Source of the DNA: Desulfosudaceae bacterium
Lineage (GTDB): Bacteria > Desulfobacterota > Desulfobacteria > Desulfobacterales > Desulfosudaceae
Assembly (NCBI GenBank): GCA_963674745.2
Contig: CAXXDV010000001.1
Coordinates: forward strand, 576,001 to 640,000
Length of the DNA stretch: 64,000 nt
Direction: 5' to 3'
The translations under genes were made by a program, and so were the position numbers. The notes below the pieces were generated by a model. The model was not told where the DNA came from. It did no database searches and was given only the letters and a program-made list of their open reading frames with translations. Within the stretch, counting starts at the first letter, position 1. Each line of letters opens with the position of its first letter. Of the stretch, positions 50,991-62,124 are shown piece after piece.

Positions 50991-52358
50991 TTATTTGTTT
51001 TTTGCCGCCACCTGAGCCTTTCCCATTCTGACTAGCTGTACCAGCGGCAGGCTGGCCGGGCAGGTGTAGGCACAACAGCCGCATTCCACGCAGGCCATAA
51101 TATGATAGGCTTCCGCCACATCGGGCGCCTGGTTTCTTGCCGCCACCGCCAGCTTGGTTGGCACCAGGTTCATGGGGCAGACGTCAACACACCGGCCGCA
51201 CCTGACGCAGGCGGTTTCCGCCGCTCTTTTGACATCGTCACGGATCAGCACGGTTACACCGCTGGTGCCCTTGGTTACCGGCAAATCCAGGTCGGTAAAG
51301 GCAAACCCCATCATCGGTCCGCCGGAAACGAGCCTGACGGCGTCGGGATTTAACCCGCCGCAGTAATCAATCAGATGCCGGTAACTGGTGCCGATGGGCA
51401 CAAACAGATTTTTAGGTGATCGGACGCCGGCGCCGGTCACGCAGATAACGCGATGCGTCAACGGTTTCTGCTTGAGAACGGCAAAGGCGATGGCACACAC
51501 GGAACCTACGTTGCTGACCACGACCCCTACATCCAGAGGTAACGCGCCGGGGGGTACTTTTCGGCCGGTAACCGCCACGATCAGATGCTTTTCACTGCCC
51601 TGCGGGTATTTGGTCTTTACGGTAACGACCTTGATATCCGTTCCCAGGGCCGCTTTGGTCATGGCCTCGATGGCTTTGGGCTTATTGTCTTCTATGGCGA
51701 TAAATATGCTTGAAGCACCGGCCGCTTTTGCTGCCAGCAGCGTACCGGCGACAATCGCATGCGACGCTTCTAACATCAGCCGGTAATCAGACGTCAGGTA
51801 CGGTTCGCATTCACAACCGTTAAGCAGCAGTACGTCCACCGGTTTTTCTTTGTTGGGCGTCAATTTTACATGCGTGGGAAACGCGGCGCCGCCCAGGCCG
51901 ACAACCCCGGCGTTGTTGATGGCATCGACTATCTCTTTGGCATCCTTCTGCGCCACACTTTTCGTATCCCAGTTGTCCGATGTCAGTTCTTTAAACAGCA
52001 CCGCACCGTCGTCCTGTGAATCTTCTTCAGCCGCTTTTATCGGAACCGCAGGCACCCGCCGGCCGGTCGGCAGTGTTACGCTGATCGCTTTCATTACCGT
52101 ACCGTTTATCGAGGCATGTATCGGGGCAGAGACAAAACCACCCGCCTCACCGATCAAATCACCTACCCGGACTTCGGCTTTGGTTTTCACCGCCTGTTTA
52201 CAGGGCGCACCGATATGCTGTGAAAGCGGTAAAACAATCTTTTCCGGGGCAGGCAGGACTTCGATACCCGCGTCCGCGGCAAAATGTTTCTGGTCCGGGG
52301 GATGGACGCCACGTGAAAACGTTCCCTTTCCATTTATTCCGGAAAAACCTGATCCCAT
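50991..52358 (-). CDS. rnfC: Rnf complex subunit C
   Basis: QHIGAP, GLGGAAFPTHVK, NGCECEPYLTSD, CVRCGRC, CVECGCC. Confidence 0.95.
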   Translation of the reverse strand: MGSGFSGINGKGTFSRGVHPPDQKHFAADAGIEVLPAPEKIVLPLSQHIGAPCKQAVKTKAEVRVGDLIGEAGGFVSAPIHASINGTVMKAISVTLPTGRRVPAVPIKAAEEDSQDDGAVLFKELTSDNWDTKSVAQKDAKEIVDAINNAGVVGLGGAAFPTHVKLTPNKEKPVDVLLLNGCECEPYLTSDYRLMLEASHAIVAGTLLAAKAAGASSIFIAIEDNKPKAIEAMTKAALGTDIKVVTVKTKYPQGSEKHLIVAVTGRKVPPGALPLDVGVVVSNVGSVCAIAFAVLKQKPLTHRVICVTGAGVRSPKNLFVPIGTSYRHLIDYCGGLNPDAVRLVSGGPMMGFAFTDLDLPVTKGTSGVTVLIRDDVKRAAETACVRCGRCVDVCPMNLVPTKLAVAARNQAPDVAEAYHIMACVECGCCAYTCPASLPLVQLVRMGKAQVAAKNK

Positions 52359-52414
52359 ATTTCTTTCTCCGCTATTACCTTAATAAACTGCTAACCATGT
52401 AATTAAAAAAAGCT

Positions 52415-52443
52415 AATATCCCCGTTCATTAAAAAAATGTCAA
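52415..52443 (-). promoter_or_regulatory. Putative sigma-70 promoter of the rnf operon
   Basis: TTGACA-N17-GATATT. Confidence 0.45.
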
Positions 52444-52534
52444 CCCTTTTTAAACCCTTGTAGAAAAACCGGAATCCGGGCAAAGAGTAAAACTGTGCGG
52501 ATTCAGGGCGTTAACCTGAACATCTCACGTCATT

Positions 52535-52614
52535 GGGCACGGCACGCCGTGCCCCTACGGCGTGCCGTGCCGGTCAGGTTGTCAAGCCATGTAGGGGCAC
52601 GGCGTGCCGTGCCC
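52535..52614. repeat. GTAG-type REP doublet (REPIN-like) plus partial third copy
   Basis: Exact 24-mer in reverse at 52535-52558 and forward at 52591-52614; partial copy at 52557-52571. Confidence 0.88.
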
Positions 52615-52643
52615 GGTTGTTCGGTTAAAATAATTTTTGATCG

Positions 52644-53555
52644 CTACAGGTCTTCAGGGGAGAAAGTGACAACCGTTGAGATATCATCCGTGTCACAAAA
52701 CAGCATGGCCAGCCGGTCAATCCCCAGGGCATTGCCGGCTGCAGGCGGCATGTCGGCCATATCCGCCAGAAACGCTTCCGGCAAAGGCCAGTCGGCAGCA
52801 ACTGTTTTTTTTAACTTGCGGCGCGCCTGCTCAAACCGGGTGCGATAATGTTCGGTGCCGAGCAGCTCGGAAAAACCGTTGCACATCTCCAAACCACTGA
52901 TATAAAGCTCGAATCGTTCCGCCAGCCGGGAATCGTCGGCCTTCAATCGGGCCAGGGCGGCCCCGGTTTGCGCGGGATAGTCGTATAAGAACACCGGCGC
53001 CTCAATTCCCAGCATCGGCTCAACCTTATCGGCCATCAATTCGTTTAACCGCTCCGGCGCCAATCCGTCTTCCAGGCAGACGCCGGCATAACGGTCAAAG
53101 GCCTGACTGACGCTCATGCGCGGCCAGTCGTCTGAAAGATCAATATTATTTTTCTGATAACACAGCGTCCGCCCGACGCCCAGCGCTTCAGCCACATACC
53201 GGATCATGGCCTCGGTTTCGCGCATCAAGTCTTTATAGTCGGCGCCCGCCCGATACCATTCCAGAAGAGTAAATTCCGGAAGATGCTTCCGGCCGCGCTC
53301 ATGTCGACGAAAGGCTTTACATATCTGAAAAATCCGGGGAAAACCGCGGGCCAGAAGCCGTTTCATGCAGACTTCCGGAGATGTCTGCAGGAACCAGTCT
53401 CCCGATGGCTGGGGAAAGATATCGGCTTCCGGAATGGGGGCTGGGATACGGCCGGGTGTTTCCACTTCGAGATACCCGTGACCGGAAAAAAAGGCACGAA
53501 TCGCCTCAATCATTCGGGCCCTGGTAGTCAGATGGGCTGTTTTCGAAGACGACAT
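52644..53555 (-). CDS. epmA: EF-P lysine aminoacylase (GenX/PoxA)
   Basis: LEVETP, LQTSPEVCMKRLL, HLPEFTLLEWYR, AERFELY, ALGIDRL; no anticodon-binding domain. Confidence 0.9.
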   Translation of the reverse strand: MSSSKTAHLTTRARMIEAIRAFFSGHGYLEVETPGRIPAPIPEADIFPQPSGDWFLQTSPEVCMKRLLARGFPRIFQICKAFRRHERGRKHLPEFTLLEWYRAGADYKDLMRETEAMIRYVAEALGVGRTLCYQKNNIDLSDDWPRMSVSQAFDRYAGVCLEDGLAPERLNELMADKVEPMLGIEAPVFLYDYPAQTGAALARLKADDSRLAERFELYISGLEMCNGFSELLGTEHYRTRFEQARRKLKKTVAADWPLPEAFLADMADMPPAAGNALGIDRLAMLFCDTDDISTVVTFSPEDL

Positions 53556-53612
53556 GGCGAATATTTCATGGGGGCATCCGTTTCAGGATGAAAAAGCACG
53601 CGATCCAGGCGA

Positions 53613-54923
53613 CTATTTGATTAAATACTCATCGTCGGGACGATTCTGCAAAAACACCTTTAGATAGTTCTGCGTTTCAGCCTCATCGTACCACTGCCGG
53701 CCGGTCTGCCGGCACTTTTCGCAGGCATGCAGGGGTATATGAACGGCCAGTATACGTGAACCTCTGTCCGAAGTGGAATCTATCCGCAAGGCACCGGCAC
53801 AATCGGAGCAGATGCGGATGGTCTCCTGCTGGGTTTCATATATACCGTCGGTATCATAATAAATACGATTCTTACGTTCTTCAAACGTCTTTCCTGCCTG
53901 CCGCTTTTCAGTCAGCTCATGACGTTTTTCCCAGATATTCAAGGCTGTTTCCCCGATCCGCTCGACATGGCGGGTAACCTGTTCGGTCTGCCTGATTTTA
54001 TCCGGGTCATATCCCGGTTCGGTTATCTTGCTGTAATCCAGACCGGCCATGGCCAGAATAATGCCGACATTCACATACGGCAGGGCGCCTTCTATGGAAT
54101 AGCCTCCTTCCAGGACGGCGATATCCGGTTTCAACAATTCCGTCAACCGGGCATACCCCTGGGCGGAAAAATTCATATCCGTCAGGGGGTCGGTATAATG
54201 GTTATCCTGTCCGGCCGAATTGACAATAATATCCGGTTTAAATTCCGCCAGAACCGGCAGGACGACATTTTCGATTATATAAATGAAGCCTTCTTCAGAC
54301 GTCCGGGGCGGCAGAGGGATGTTCAGGGTTGTGCCGACGGCGTTGGGGCCACCCATTTCTTCCGGAAAGCCGGTTCCGGGATAAAGTGTCCGGCCATCCT
54401 GATGCATGGAAACAAACAGGGTATCCGGATCATGCCAGTAAATATCCTGGGTGCCGTCACCGTGATGACAATCCGTGTCCACAATGGCCACTTTTCGGAC
54501 ACCGTAGGTGGTACGCAGGTATTCAATCATCATGGCTTCGATATTGACATTACAAAAACCTCGGGCACCGTGAACCACCCGCTTGGCATGATGCCCGGGC
54601 GGGCGGACCAGGGCGAAACCGCTTTCCACCTCTTTTTCCATGACCGCAATGCCGATACGCTTGGCGCTGCCGGCGCTGATAAAATGTGATTCGGTCATTA
54701 CCGTCGAGACATCCGGTACGCAGAAATGTGTTCTTTGGACATCCGCTTCTTCAACCAGTTGCGACTTGAACTCAATCAGCCCCTCGATGTCGAACAGGCC
54801 CTCTTCCATGGCCTGATCCTGGGTGTAAAGAAGACGTTCTTCCCGCTCCGGATGGGTGGGATCAATGGCCCAGTCAAAGGCCGGAAAAAAAACAAGACCT
54901 GTTTTCCGTCTGGCTTTAAGCAT
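53613..54923 (-). CDS. Histone deacetylase family amidohydrolase with C-terminal CxxC pairs
   Basis: HPERE, RPPGHHA, GFC, DTDCHHGDGTQ, SAGQD, LEGGY; TAATG coupling to the upstream gene. Confidence 0.9.
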   Translation of the reverse strand: MLKARRKTGLVFFPAFDWAIDPTHPEREERLLYTQDQAMEEGLFDIEGLIEFKSQLVEEADVQRTHFCVPDVSTVMTESHFISAGSAKRIGIAVMEKEVESGFALVRPPGHHAKRVVHGARGFCNVNIEAMMIEYLRTTYGVRKVAIVDTDCHHGDGTQDIYWHDPDTLFVSMHQDGRTLYPGTGFPEEMGGPNAVGTTLNIPLPPRTSEEGFIYIIENVVLPVLAEFKPDIIVNSAGQDNHYTDPLTDMNFSAQGYARLTELLKPDIAVLEGGYSIEGALPYVNVGIILAMAGLDYSKITEPGYDPDKIRQTEQVTRHVERIGETALNIWEKRHELTEKRQAGKTFEERKNRIYYDTDGIYETQQETIRICSDCAGALRIDSTSDRGSRILAVHIPLHACEKCRQTGRQWYDEAETQNYLKVFLQNRPDDEYLIK

Positions 54924-56632
54924 TATTTGGGTGCTCCTATAATGGTCAAATCGCTGCACAGCTTATCGGCGATCACCTGGTAGCCGCTGATCAGCCCCGG
55001 CCTGACCTGAGCCTTGATGCGAATATTTCTGCCTGCCGCGGAAAAGCCCCGCACCATGTTGAACTGCTGGTTTTCCAGGATATCCATTTCCAGATCATCT
55101 CTGGACGCACCGCTTTTTCTGGCTTTACGCTTCAGCAGTTCCAGGGCTTTTTGCTGGGCATCATCCCGGGTAAAAGAGCTGCCGATTCTTTCAAAAAAGT
55201 TTTCCTCCGGAGCCGTCAGAATGCCCCGCTGTGTATCGGCGAACAGGGAGACTTCACAGGTGGTTCTGGCAAAAGCAGCGCCCAGGGCATTGGCTACGGC
55301 ACATTTGGGCACCGCTTCCGTTTTAATATTAGAGACCTTTTCGATCTGTGGCGCAAAAAATGCGGCCGGGCCGCCCAGCACCAGTATCTTGTCGGGCTTG
55401 ACCTGATGTCCTTCCCAGTATTCATAGACCGTATAAACCGGTTTGCTGTTGATGTCATCGACAAGCGCCCGGGCATGCCCGACAACCTCCCTGCAGAACT
55501 GCTCATACACCGCCTGAGCCGTTTCAGTTACGGATCGGCCCAGTTTTTCCGCCAGTATTCTCATGCCCTCTTCTGCTTTGACCGCGTCACCGTCCGTCAT
55601 TAACTTAAGAACGCAGAGCGCGTCCGTCGGTGTCGGCGCAGGGCCGCCGAAAGCCATGGCCCGCCCCCGCCGTTCGGGGCCGATGGTAATCCGGTCGTTC
55701 ACAATTTTAACAACACTGTCTCCACCCAGGCCGACGGAGGACGTTTTTAAAGCCCGGATCAGGGTTTTAAAGCCGGCGATTTCGATACCCAGTCCTTCTA
55801 ACACGGGCACCTTGTTTAAAATCACCGCCATGTCCGTGGTGGTACCGCCGATGTCCAGCACCAGGGTTTCTTCCTGCGCTTCTGAAAACGGAATGGCACC
55901 CATGACACTGGCCGCCGGTCCGGATAAAATCGTTTGTCCCGGATAATTAATAGACGACTCGAAATTCATGGTACCGCCATCGGCTTTGAGAATATGGATC
56001 GGCACCTGCAGCCCCTGCTTTTCCAGCGTTTTCTGGACCGCCTCAAAAAATTTCTTGTGAATGGGATAAACAGAAGCGTTTAGAAAAGTGGTTGCAATAC
56101 GACGCGGAAAATTCAGACTGCCGGAAATCCAGTGCCCCAGAAACACTTTTTGAAACGATTTTCTAATCGCGTCCCGGACCTGCTGTTCGTGTATCGGGTT
56201 GCGGGCGGAAAATTTACCGACCACGCCGACATGCCTGATATCGGCCTTTTTCAACTGTTTGACGACTTTTTTCAAACCGGCGAAATCCACCGGCACAATT
56301 TCCCGGCCCCGGTGGTCCAGCGCGCCACCGACCACATAGTAATGTTCATGGGTTCTGAAAAATTCGGGATCGATACCGGGACCGCTCAGGACGATCATGC
56401 CGAAATCCGGATTGATGCCCTGAACAATCAGGTTGGTGGTCAAGGTTGTGCTGAGAACGATTCTTTCGATGGCTTTCGGCTTGATACCTTTTGATATCTC
56501 CTCGATTCCGGAAAGCACCGTGTGAAAAAGATCCAATTCATCCGTGAAAACCTTTATCTCCCGCAGAAGGCCCTCTTTATCCAGAAGAACAACATCCGTA
56601 TGGGTTCCGCCGACATCCAGCCCGATAATCAT
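54923..56632 (-). CDS. Hydantoinase A/oxoprolinase family ATPase
   Basis: GLDVGGTHTD, STTLTTN, SGPAAS, DIGGTTTD, GLGGDS, PTPTDA. Confidence 0.9.
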   Translation of the reverse strand: MIIGLDVGGTHTDVVLLDKEGLLREIKVFTDELDLFHTVLSGIEEISKGIKPKAIERIVLSTTLTTNLIVQGINPDFGMIVLSGPGIDPEFFRTHEHYYVVGGALDHRGREIVPVDFAGLKKVVKQLKKADIRHVGVVGKFSARNPIHEQQVRDAIRKSFQKVFLGHWISGSLNFPRRIATTFLNASVYPIHKKFFEAVQKTLEKQGLQVPIHILKADGGTMNFESSINYPGQTILSGPAASVMGAIPFSEAQEETLVLDIGGTTTDMAVILNKVPVLEGLGIEIAGFKTLIRALKTSSVGLGGDSVVKIVNDRITIGPERRGRAMAFGGPAPTPTDALCVLKLMTDGDAVKAEEGMRILAEKLGRSVTETAQAVYEQFCREVVGHARALVDDINSKPVYTVYEYWEGHQVKPDKILVLGGPAAFFAPQIEKVSNIKTEAVPKCAVANALGAAFARTTCEVSLFADTQRGILTAPEENFFERIGSSFTRDDAQQKALELLKRKARKSGASRDDLEMDILENQQFNMVRGFSAAGRNIRIKAQVRPGLISGYQVIADKLCSDLTIIGAPK

Positions 56633-56738
56633 ACACCGGATCCTTAATTATAATTAACAATTCGGAAAGGTATTTTAACGGAAACAGCTACTGATTTGCA
56701 AATTAAAAATTTGAAGCGGCCTTCAGGCACGGCCAGTA

Positions 56739-57527
56739 TCAAACCGCCCGCTCTCTGGCAATCAGGGCGGCGCCCAGCGCGCCGACGATATCCGGCTGCT
56801 CCGGGACCCGAATATCCGTCCCCAGAATGGCGGCCAGTTCCCTGACCACACCGGGGTTGCGGGCGACTCCGCCGGACATGGCAGTCGGAAAATCCGCTAA
56901 ATTATCCTGGGCGACACGCCTGACCATGGATATGGTCCGTGAAGCAATCGCGCGGTGCAGTCCCCGGGCGATTTCCGGAACCGCCACGCCATTGGCAATC
57001 AGCGAAACAACTTCGCTTTCCGCGAAAACCGTACACATACTGCTCAAAGTGAGGTTCTCCCGGGCATCGGCATCAAGATGCCCGAGTTCGTCAATATCCA
57101 CCTCCAGCGCCCTGGCCATGGCTTCCAGAAACCGGCCGGTACCTGCAGCGCACTTGTCGTTCATGGCGAAATCCACCACCCGCCCGTTTTCACCCAGCCG
57201 GATGGTCTTGCTGTCCTGGCCGCCGATATCAATCAGCAGCCGGGTCTCAGGGAAAAGGTGGGTAATCCCCCTGGCATGGCAGGTAATCTCCGTAACCGCG
57301 GCCAGTTTTTCCTCCACCCTGTTTCTGCCGTAGCCGGTGGACACAGTGGCCCGGATGTCCTGGTCCGTAATTCCGGCCTGACTCAAAATATCGGCCTTGA
57401 CCCGCTGTATGGCTTCAATATTACGGGCGCCCGTCGGTACCACCGACGAAGCGCAGATGTCCAGATCATCATTAATGATAACACCGTCACAGGACAGACT
57501 GCCAATATCGATACCGATATAAAACAT
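56739..57527 (-). CDS. CoA-substrate-specific enzyme activase (2-hydroxyacyl-CoA dehydratase activator, BcrAD/BadFG family)
   Basis: GIDIGS, TGYGR, DIGGQDSK, MNDKCAAGTGRFLE, CTVFAESE. Confidence 0.92.
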   Translation of the reverse strand: MFYIGIDIGSLSCDGVIINDDLDICASSVVPTGARNIEAIQRVKADILSQAGITDQDIRATVSTGYGRNRVEEKLAAVTEITCHARGITHLFPETRLLIDIGGQDSKTIRLGENGRVVDFAMNDKCAAGTGRFLEAMARALEVDIDELGHLDADARENLTLSSMCTVFAESEVVSLIANGVAVPEIARGLHRAIASRTISMVRRVAQDNLADFPTAMSGGVARNPGVVRELAAILGTDIRVPEQPDIVGALGAALIARERAV

Positions 57528-57699
57528 TTTCTATAACATTGTATTTAGTTGAAATTTATGATTGAATACCTCTAAATGGTCACCGGCGCCCGGCGGGCGA
57601 TACTTACTTTTTCGTACACTATCAGCCGGGCACCGATCTGTGTCAAGGAAAATAAGCCGGCCCCTTGCCGCATGGGTTGCCGGAAAGGCTGGAAAAATA

Positions 57700-58566
57700 T
57701 TGCGTTTTTATAAATACCACGGCCTGGGAAACGATTACCTGGTCATCCATCCGGACGAGCTGGCCGGGCCGATGACGGAACATCAGATCCGTGCACTGTG
57801 TGACCGGCATTACGGTCTCGGCTCAGACGGTATTCTGCTGGGGCCTTCTGAGTCTGCCGACCGCTGTTTCGGTCTGCGGATTTTCAACCCGGACGGCAGC
57901 GAGGCGGAAAAAAGCGGCAACGGGCTCAGAATCTTCGCCCGCTTTTTATGGGAACGACAGTATGTCGACCATTCGCCCTTCACCATCAAAACTACCGGCA
58001 GCAGTGCCCAAGCCACGGTACATCCCGGCGGCAATCCCGTATCCGTGGACATGGGCCGCGTCAGCTTCCAGGCGGCGGATATCCCGGTCAGGGGTGAAAC
58101 GGGTGATGTTCTGGATAAAACCAAAATCGTGGCCGATCGGATCATTCGGTTTTGCGCCGCCACCATCGGCAACCCTCACTGCATTGTCCTGTGCGACGAT
58201 ATTTCGAGGGAACTGGCTGTCAGCACAGGTCCTCTCCTGGAAACCGATGATATATTTCCTGACCGGGCCAATGTTCAATTTCTAAAAACCATAGATCGTC
58301 ACAATATCGCCATCGAGGTCTGGGAAAGGGGCGCCGGGTATACCCTGGCCTGCGGCAGTGCCGCCAGCGTGGGGGCGGCGACCGCTCACAGACTCGGCCT
58401 GTGCGACGAAAAAGTCACTGCCCATATGCCCGGAGGCAGGCTTGACATCACCGTCAATAAGGATTATTCAGTAAATTTAACCGGGCCGGTGACAAAAGTA
58501 GCGGAAGGCATTGTTTTTCCGGAACTGTTTGATTTTTTTAACAGCACGGTAAACGGACCGGCATGA
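57700..58566 (+). CDS. dapF: Diaminopimelate epimerase
   Basis: FYKYHGLGNDY, GSDG, NPDGSEAEKSGNG, GNPH, WERGAGYTLACGS. TTG start inferred. Confidence 0.88.
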   Translation: MRFYKYHGLGNDYLVIHPDELAGPMTEHQIRALCDRHYGLGSDGILLGPSESADRCFGLRIFNPDGSEAEKSGNGLRIFARFLWERQYVDHSPFTIKTTGSSAQATVHPGGNPVSVDMGRVSFQAADIPVRGETGDVLDKTKIVADRIIRFCAATIGNPHCIVLCDDISRELAVSTGPLLETDDIFPDRANVQFLKTIDRHNIAIEVWERGAGYTLACGSAASVGAATAHRLGLCDEKVTAHMPGGRLDITVNKDYSVNLTGPVTKVAEGIVFPELFDFFNSTVNGPA

Positions 58567-58614
58567 TTTTTACACATCCGGAGCAAAGCGCAAAAACACT
58601 TAAATTAATCTTTA

Positions 58615-58640
58615 GGGTGTCTCTGAAAATTAGCATTTTG
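58615..58640. repeat. Lone end of the 42007..42148 element
   Basis: GGGTGTCTCTGAAAATTAGCATTTTG versus the reverse-complement end GGGTATCTCTAAAAATTAGAATTTTG (3 mismatches in 26). Confidence 0.65.
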
Positions 58641-58692
58641 CTTCTTGTTAGAGATGACCGACAGTGAAAAATGAGGAGATACCCCAGACATT

Positions 58693-59983
<1,291 letters not shown>

Positions 59984-59991
<8 letters not shown>

Positions 59992-60511
59992 GTCGTTCGG
60001 CGGTAATATACTGTTTTTAGATAGAGATGACATTAATACAGATGAGATCATTCCGGCCAAATACCTGACCGAAGTGGACAAACAGGCCCTGGCCCCTCAT
60101 CTTTTCGAGGACCTTGCCCTGGAGGGATTCAACCCCGAAGCGGATATCCGGGACAAAACCGCGGTCGTCACCCGGGCCAATTTCGGCTGTGGCTCTTCCC
60201 GGGAACATGCCCCCTGGGCGCTTGAAGTAAATCATATCCACCTCGTAATCGCCTCCGGGTTCTCACGGATATTCCGGCAGAACATGTTCAATTGCGGCAT
60301 GCTGGCCGTCCAGCTGGCGCCTGAAACCATCGATCAGATATTTGAAACGTTTTCCGGCCGGGACACCACGGTTGATGTTGACATGGAGAATGCCGCCCTG
60401 ACCTTCGCCTCCGGCAGCCTGCAAGAATCAATTCCTTTTGAACTGGCAGGATTTGACCGGGCACTCATCGATGCCGGCGGCTGGGTTGAATACGCAGATG
60501 CCAGGTATTAA
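59984..60511 (+). CDS. leuD: 3-isopropylmalate dehydratase small subunit
   Basis: DINTDEIIPAKYL, NFGCGSSREHAPW, FSRIFRQN. Confidence 0.92.
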
Positions 60512-60555
60512 TGATAAGAATTTTTTATAACACCTGCACAAACGGGGATTAATCA

Positions 60556-61581
60556 ATGAGGATTGCAACCCGAAAAACTTTTTTGTCGGCCGTTTTTTTT
60601 TACATGATAATGATTGCCGCCATTAGTTTTGCCGGTGAAAAAAAACAGGTCTGGAAAGTGGGCACCCTGACGCCCAAAGGTGTCGGCTGGGCAAAACAGT
60701 TTGAAAAAATCATGCTGCCGGCAATCCATTCCGCTTCCGAAAACAAGCTGGATGTCAGGATCTACTGGGGCGGCATCATGGGGGATGATGAAGATATCAT
60801 CGCCAAAATGCGTGCCGGGCAACTCCAGGCCGCCGGTATCACCGGTCAGGGTGCTGTCATCGCCTGCCCGGAATTCGCGGCCGTGGAACTGCCTTTCCTT
60901 TTTCAGGATTACGCTGAAGTGGACTTTGTCCGGGAAAAACTGACGCCGGAACTGGACCGGTTAATGCAGAAACAGGGATTCAAGCTGCTCCTCTGGCTGG
61001 ACCAGGATTTTGACCAGATTTATTCCGTAAAATGGTCGTTCAACGATGTGGCGGATTTTAAAAAAGCCAAAATCATGACCTGGTACGGCCCCCTTGAAGA
61101 GCATCTCCTTAAAAGCCTGGGCGCCAGTCCCATTCCCGTTGATATTCCTGAGCTGGTGCCTTCTTTGCGACAGGGCGTGGCCGACACCCTGATCGCGCCG
61201 GGGTTGTGGATGATCGCCACCCAGCTTTATCCGGCGGTTAAGTATATGGTTCCCATCAAACTCAGATATTCTCCAGCCGTCGTCATTTGCACGCTAGATG
61301 CCTGGAACCGGTTGCCGGAAGAAACGCGCCGGGGGATTACCGCCGTGACCCCGGACATAACACGACGTTTTACAGCGGCCACCCGGAAAGACAACGCCAA
61401 AGCCCTGGTGGCGCTGGAAAAATATGGCATCAAAAGAATTGAGCCCGGTCCGGAGACAATGGCGGTCATCAGAGCGGAAGCCATCAAAATCTGGGAAGAA
61501 CAGGCGGACCTGCTTTTTCCCCGGGATCTTCTTGAAAAAGTGCTGGCCCTGCTGGATGAATTCAGGAGCTGTCCTCAATGA
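60556..61581 (+). CDS. dctP: TRAP transporter substrate-binding protein (DctP/TatP)
   Basis: Signal peptide, GTLTPKGVGW, YWGGIMGDD, ELPFLF. Confidence 0.88.
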   Translation: MRIATRKTFLSAVFFYMIMIAAISFAGEKKQVWKVGTLTPKGVGWAKQFEKIMLPAIHSASENKLDVRIYWGGIMGDDEDIIAKMRAGQLQAAGITGQGAVIACPEFAAVELPFLFQDYAEVDFVREKLTPELDRLMQKQGFKLLLWLDQDFDQIYSVKWSFNDVADFKKAKIMTWYGPLEEHLLKSLGASPIPVDIPELVPSLRQGVADTLIAPGLWMIATQLYPAVKYMVPIKLRYSPAVVICTLDAWNRLPEETRRGITAVTPDITRRFTAATRKDNAKALVALEKYGIKRIEPGPETMAVIRAEAIKIWEEQADLLFPRDLLEKVLALLDEFRSCPQ

Positions 61582-62120
61582 CACCCGTGCTTGACCGCCT
61601 GGGAACTTTTTTTTCAACCGTCCACCGACTGCTCATCAGCTGCGAAAAAACCGTTCTGGTACTGCTGCTGGGCTCAATGATCCTGCTGTCTTTTTCTCAA
61701 GTGGTAATGAGAAATTTTTTCTCGTTCGGATTTATCTGGATCAGCGATGTACTGCGCGCGGAAGTCATCTGGGTCACCTTTATCGGAGCCGCCCTGGCAA
61801 CCGAGCAGAAACGGCATATCCGGATCGACATTCTTTCCCGGCTCGTTAAAAAGAAGTCTAATATCAGAATTTTTGATTTTGGGGCCGATCTTTTTACCGC
61901 TTGTGTCAGCGCCCTGCTTTTTGTGGCCGCGGTGCAGTACATCGTGCTGATGAAACCGTATTCCACGGATGTCCTGATTTTAGGTATAGAAGAGTGGATG
62001 ATCCGGCTCGTGATTCCTTACGCTTTTGCCGCCATGACGGTTCGCTGCAGCATGTTCGTCCTGCGCTTTCTGACGGGAAAACCCAGATCGGATGAAACAC
62101 AACCGGAAGCCGGCGGATAA
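61578..62120 (+). CDS. dctQ: TRAP transporter small permease
   Basis: Four TM helices; QVVMRN, FIGAALA..HIRID. Confidence 0.88.
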   Translation: MTPVLDRLGTFFSTVHRLLISCEKTVLVLLLGSMILLSFSQVVMRNFFSFGFIWISDVLRAEVIWVTFIGAALATEQKRHIRIDILSRLVKKKSNIRIFDFGADLFTACVSALLFVAAVQYIVLMKPYSTDVLILGIEEWMIRLVIPYAFAAMTVRCSMFVLRFLTGKPRSDETQPEAGG

Positions 62121-62124
62121 TATT

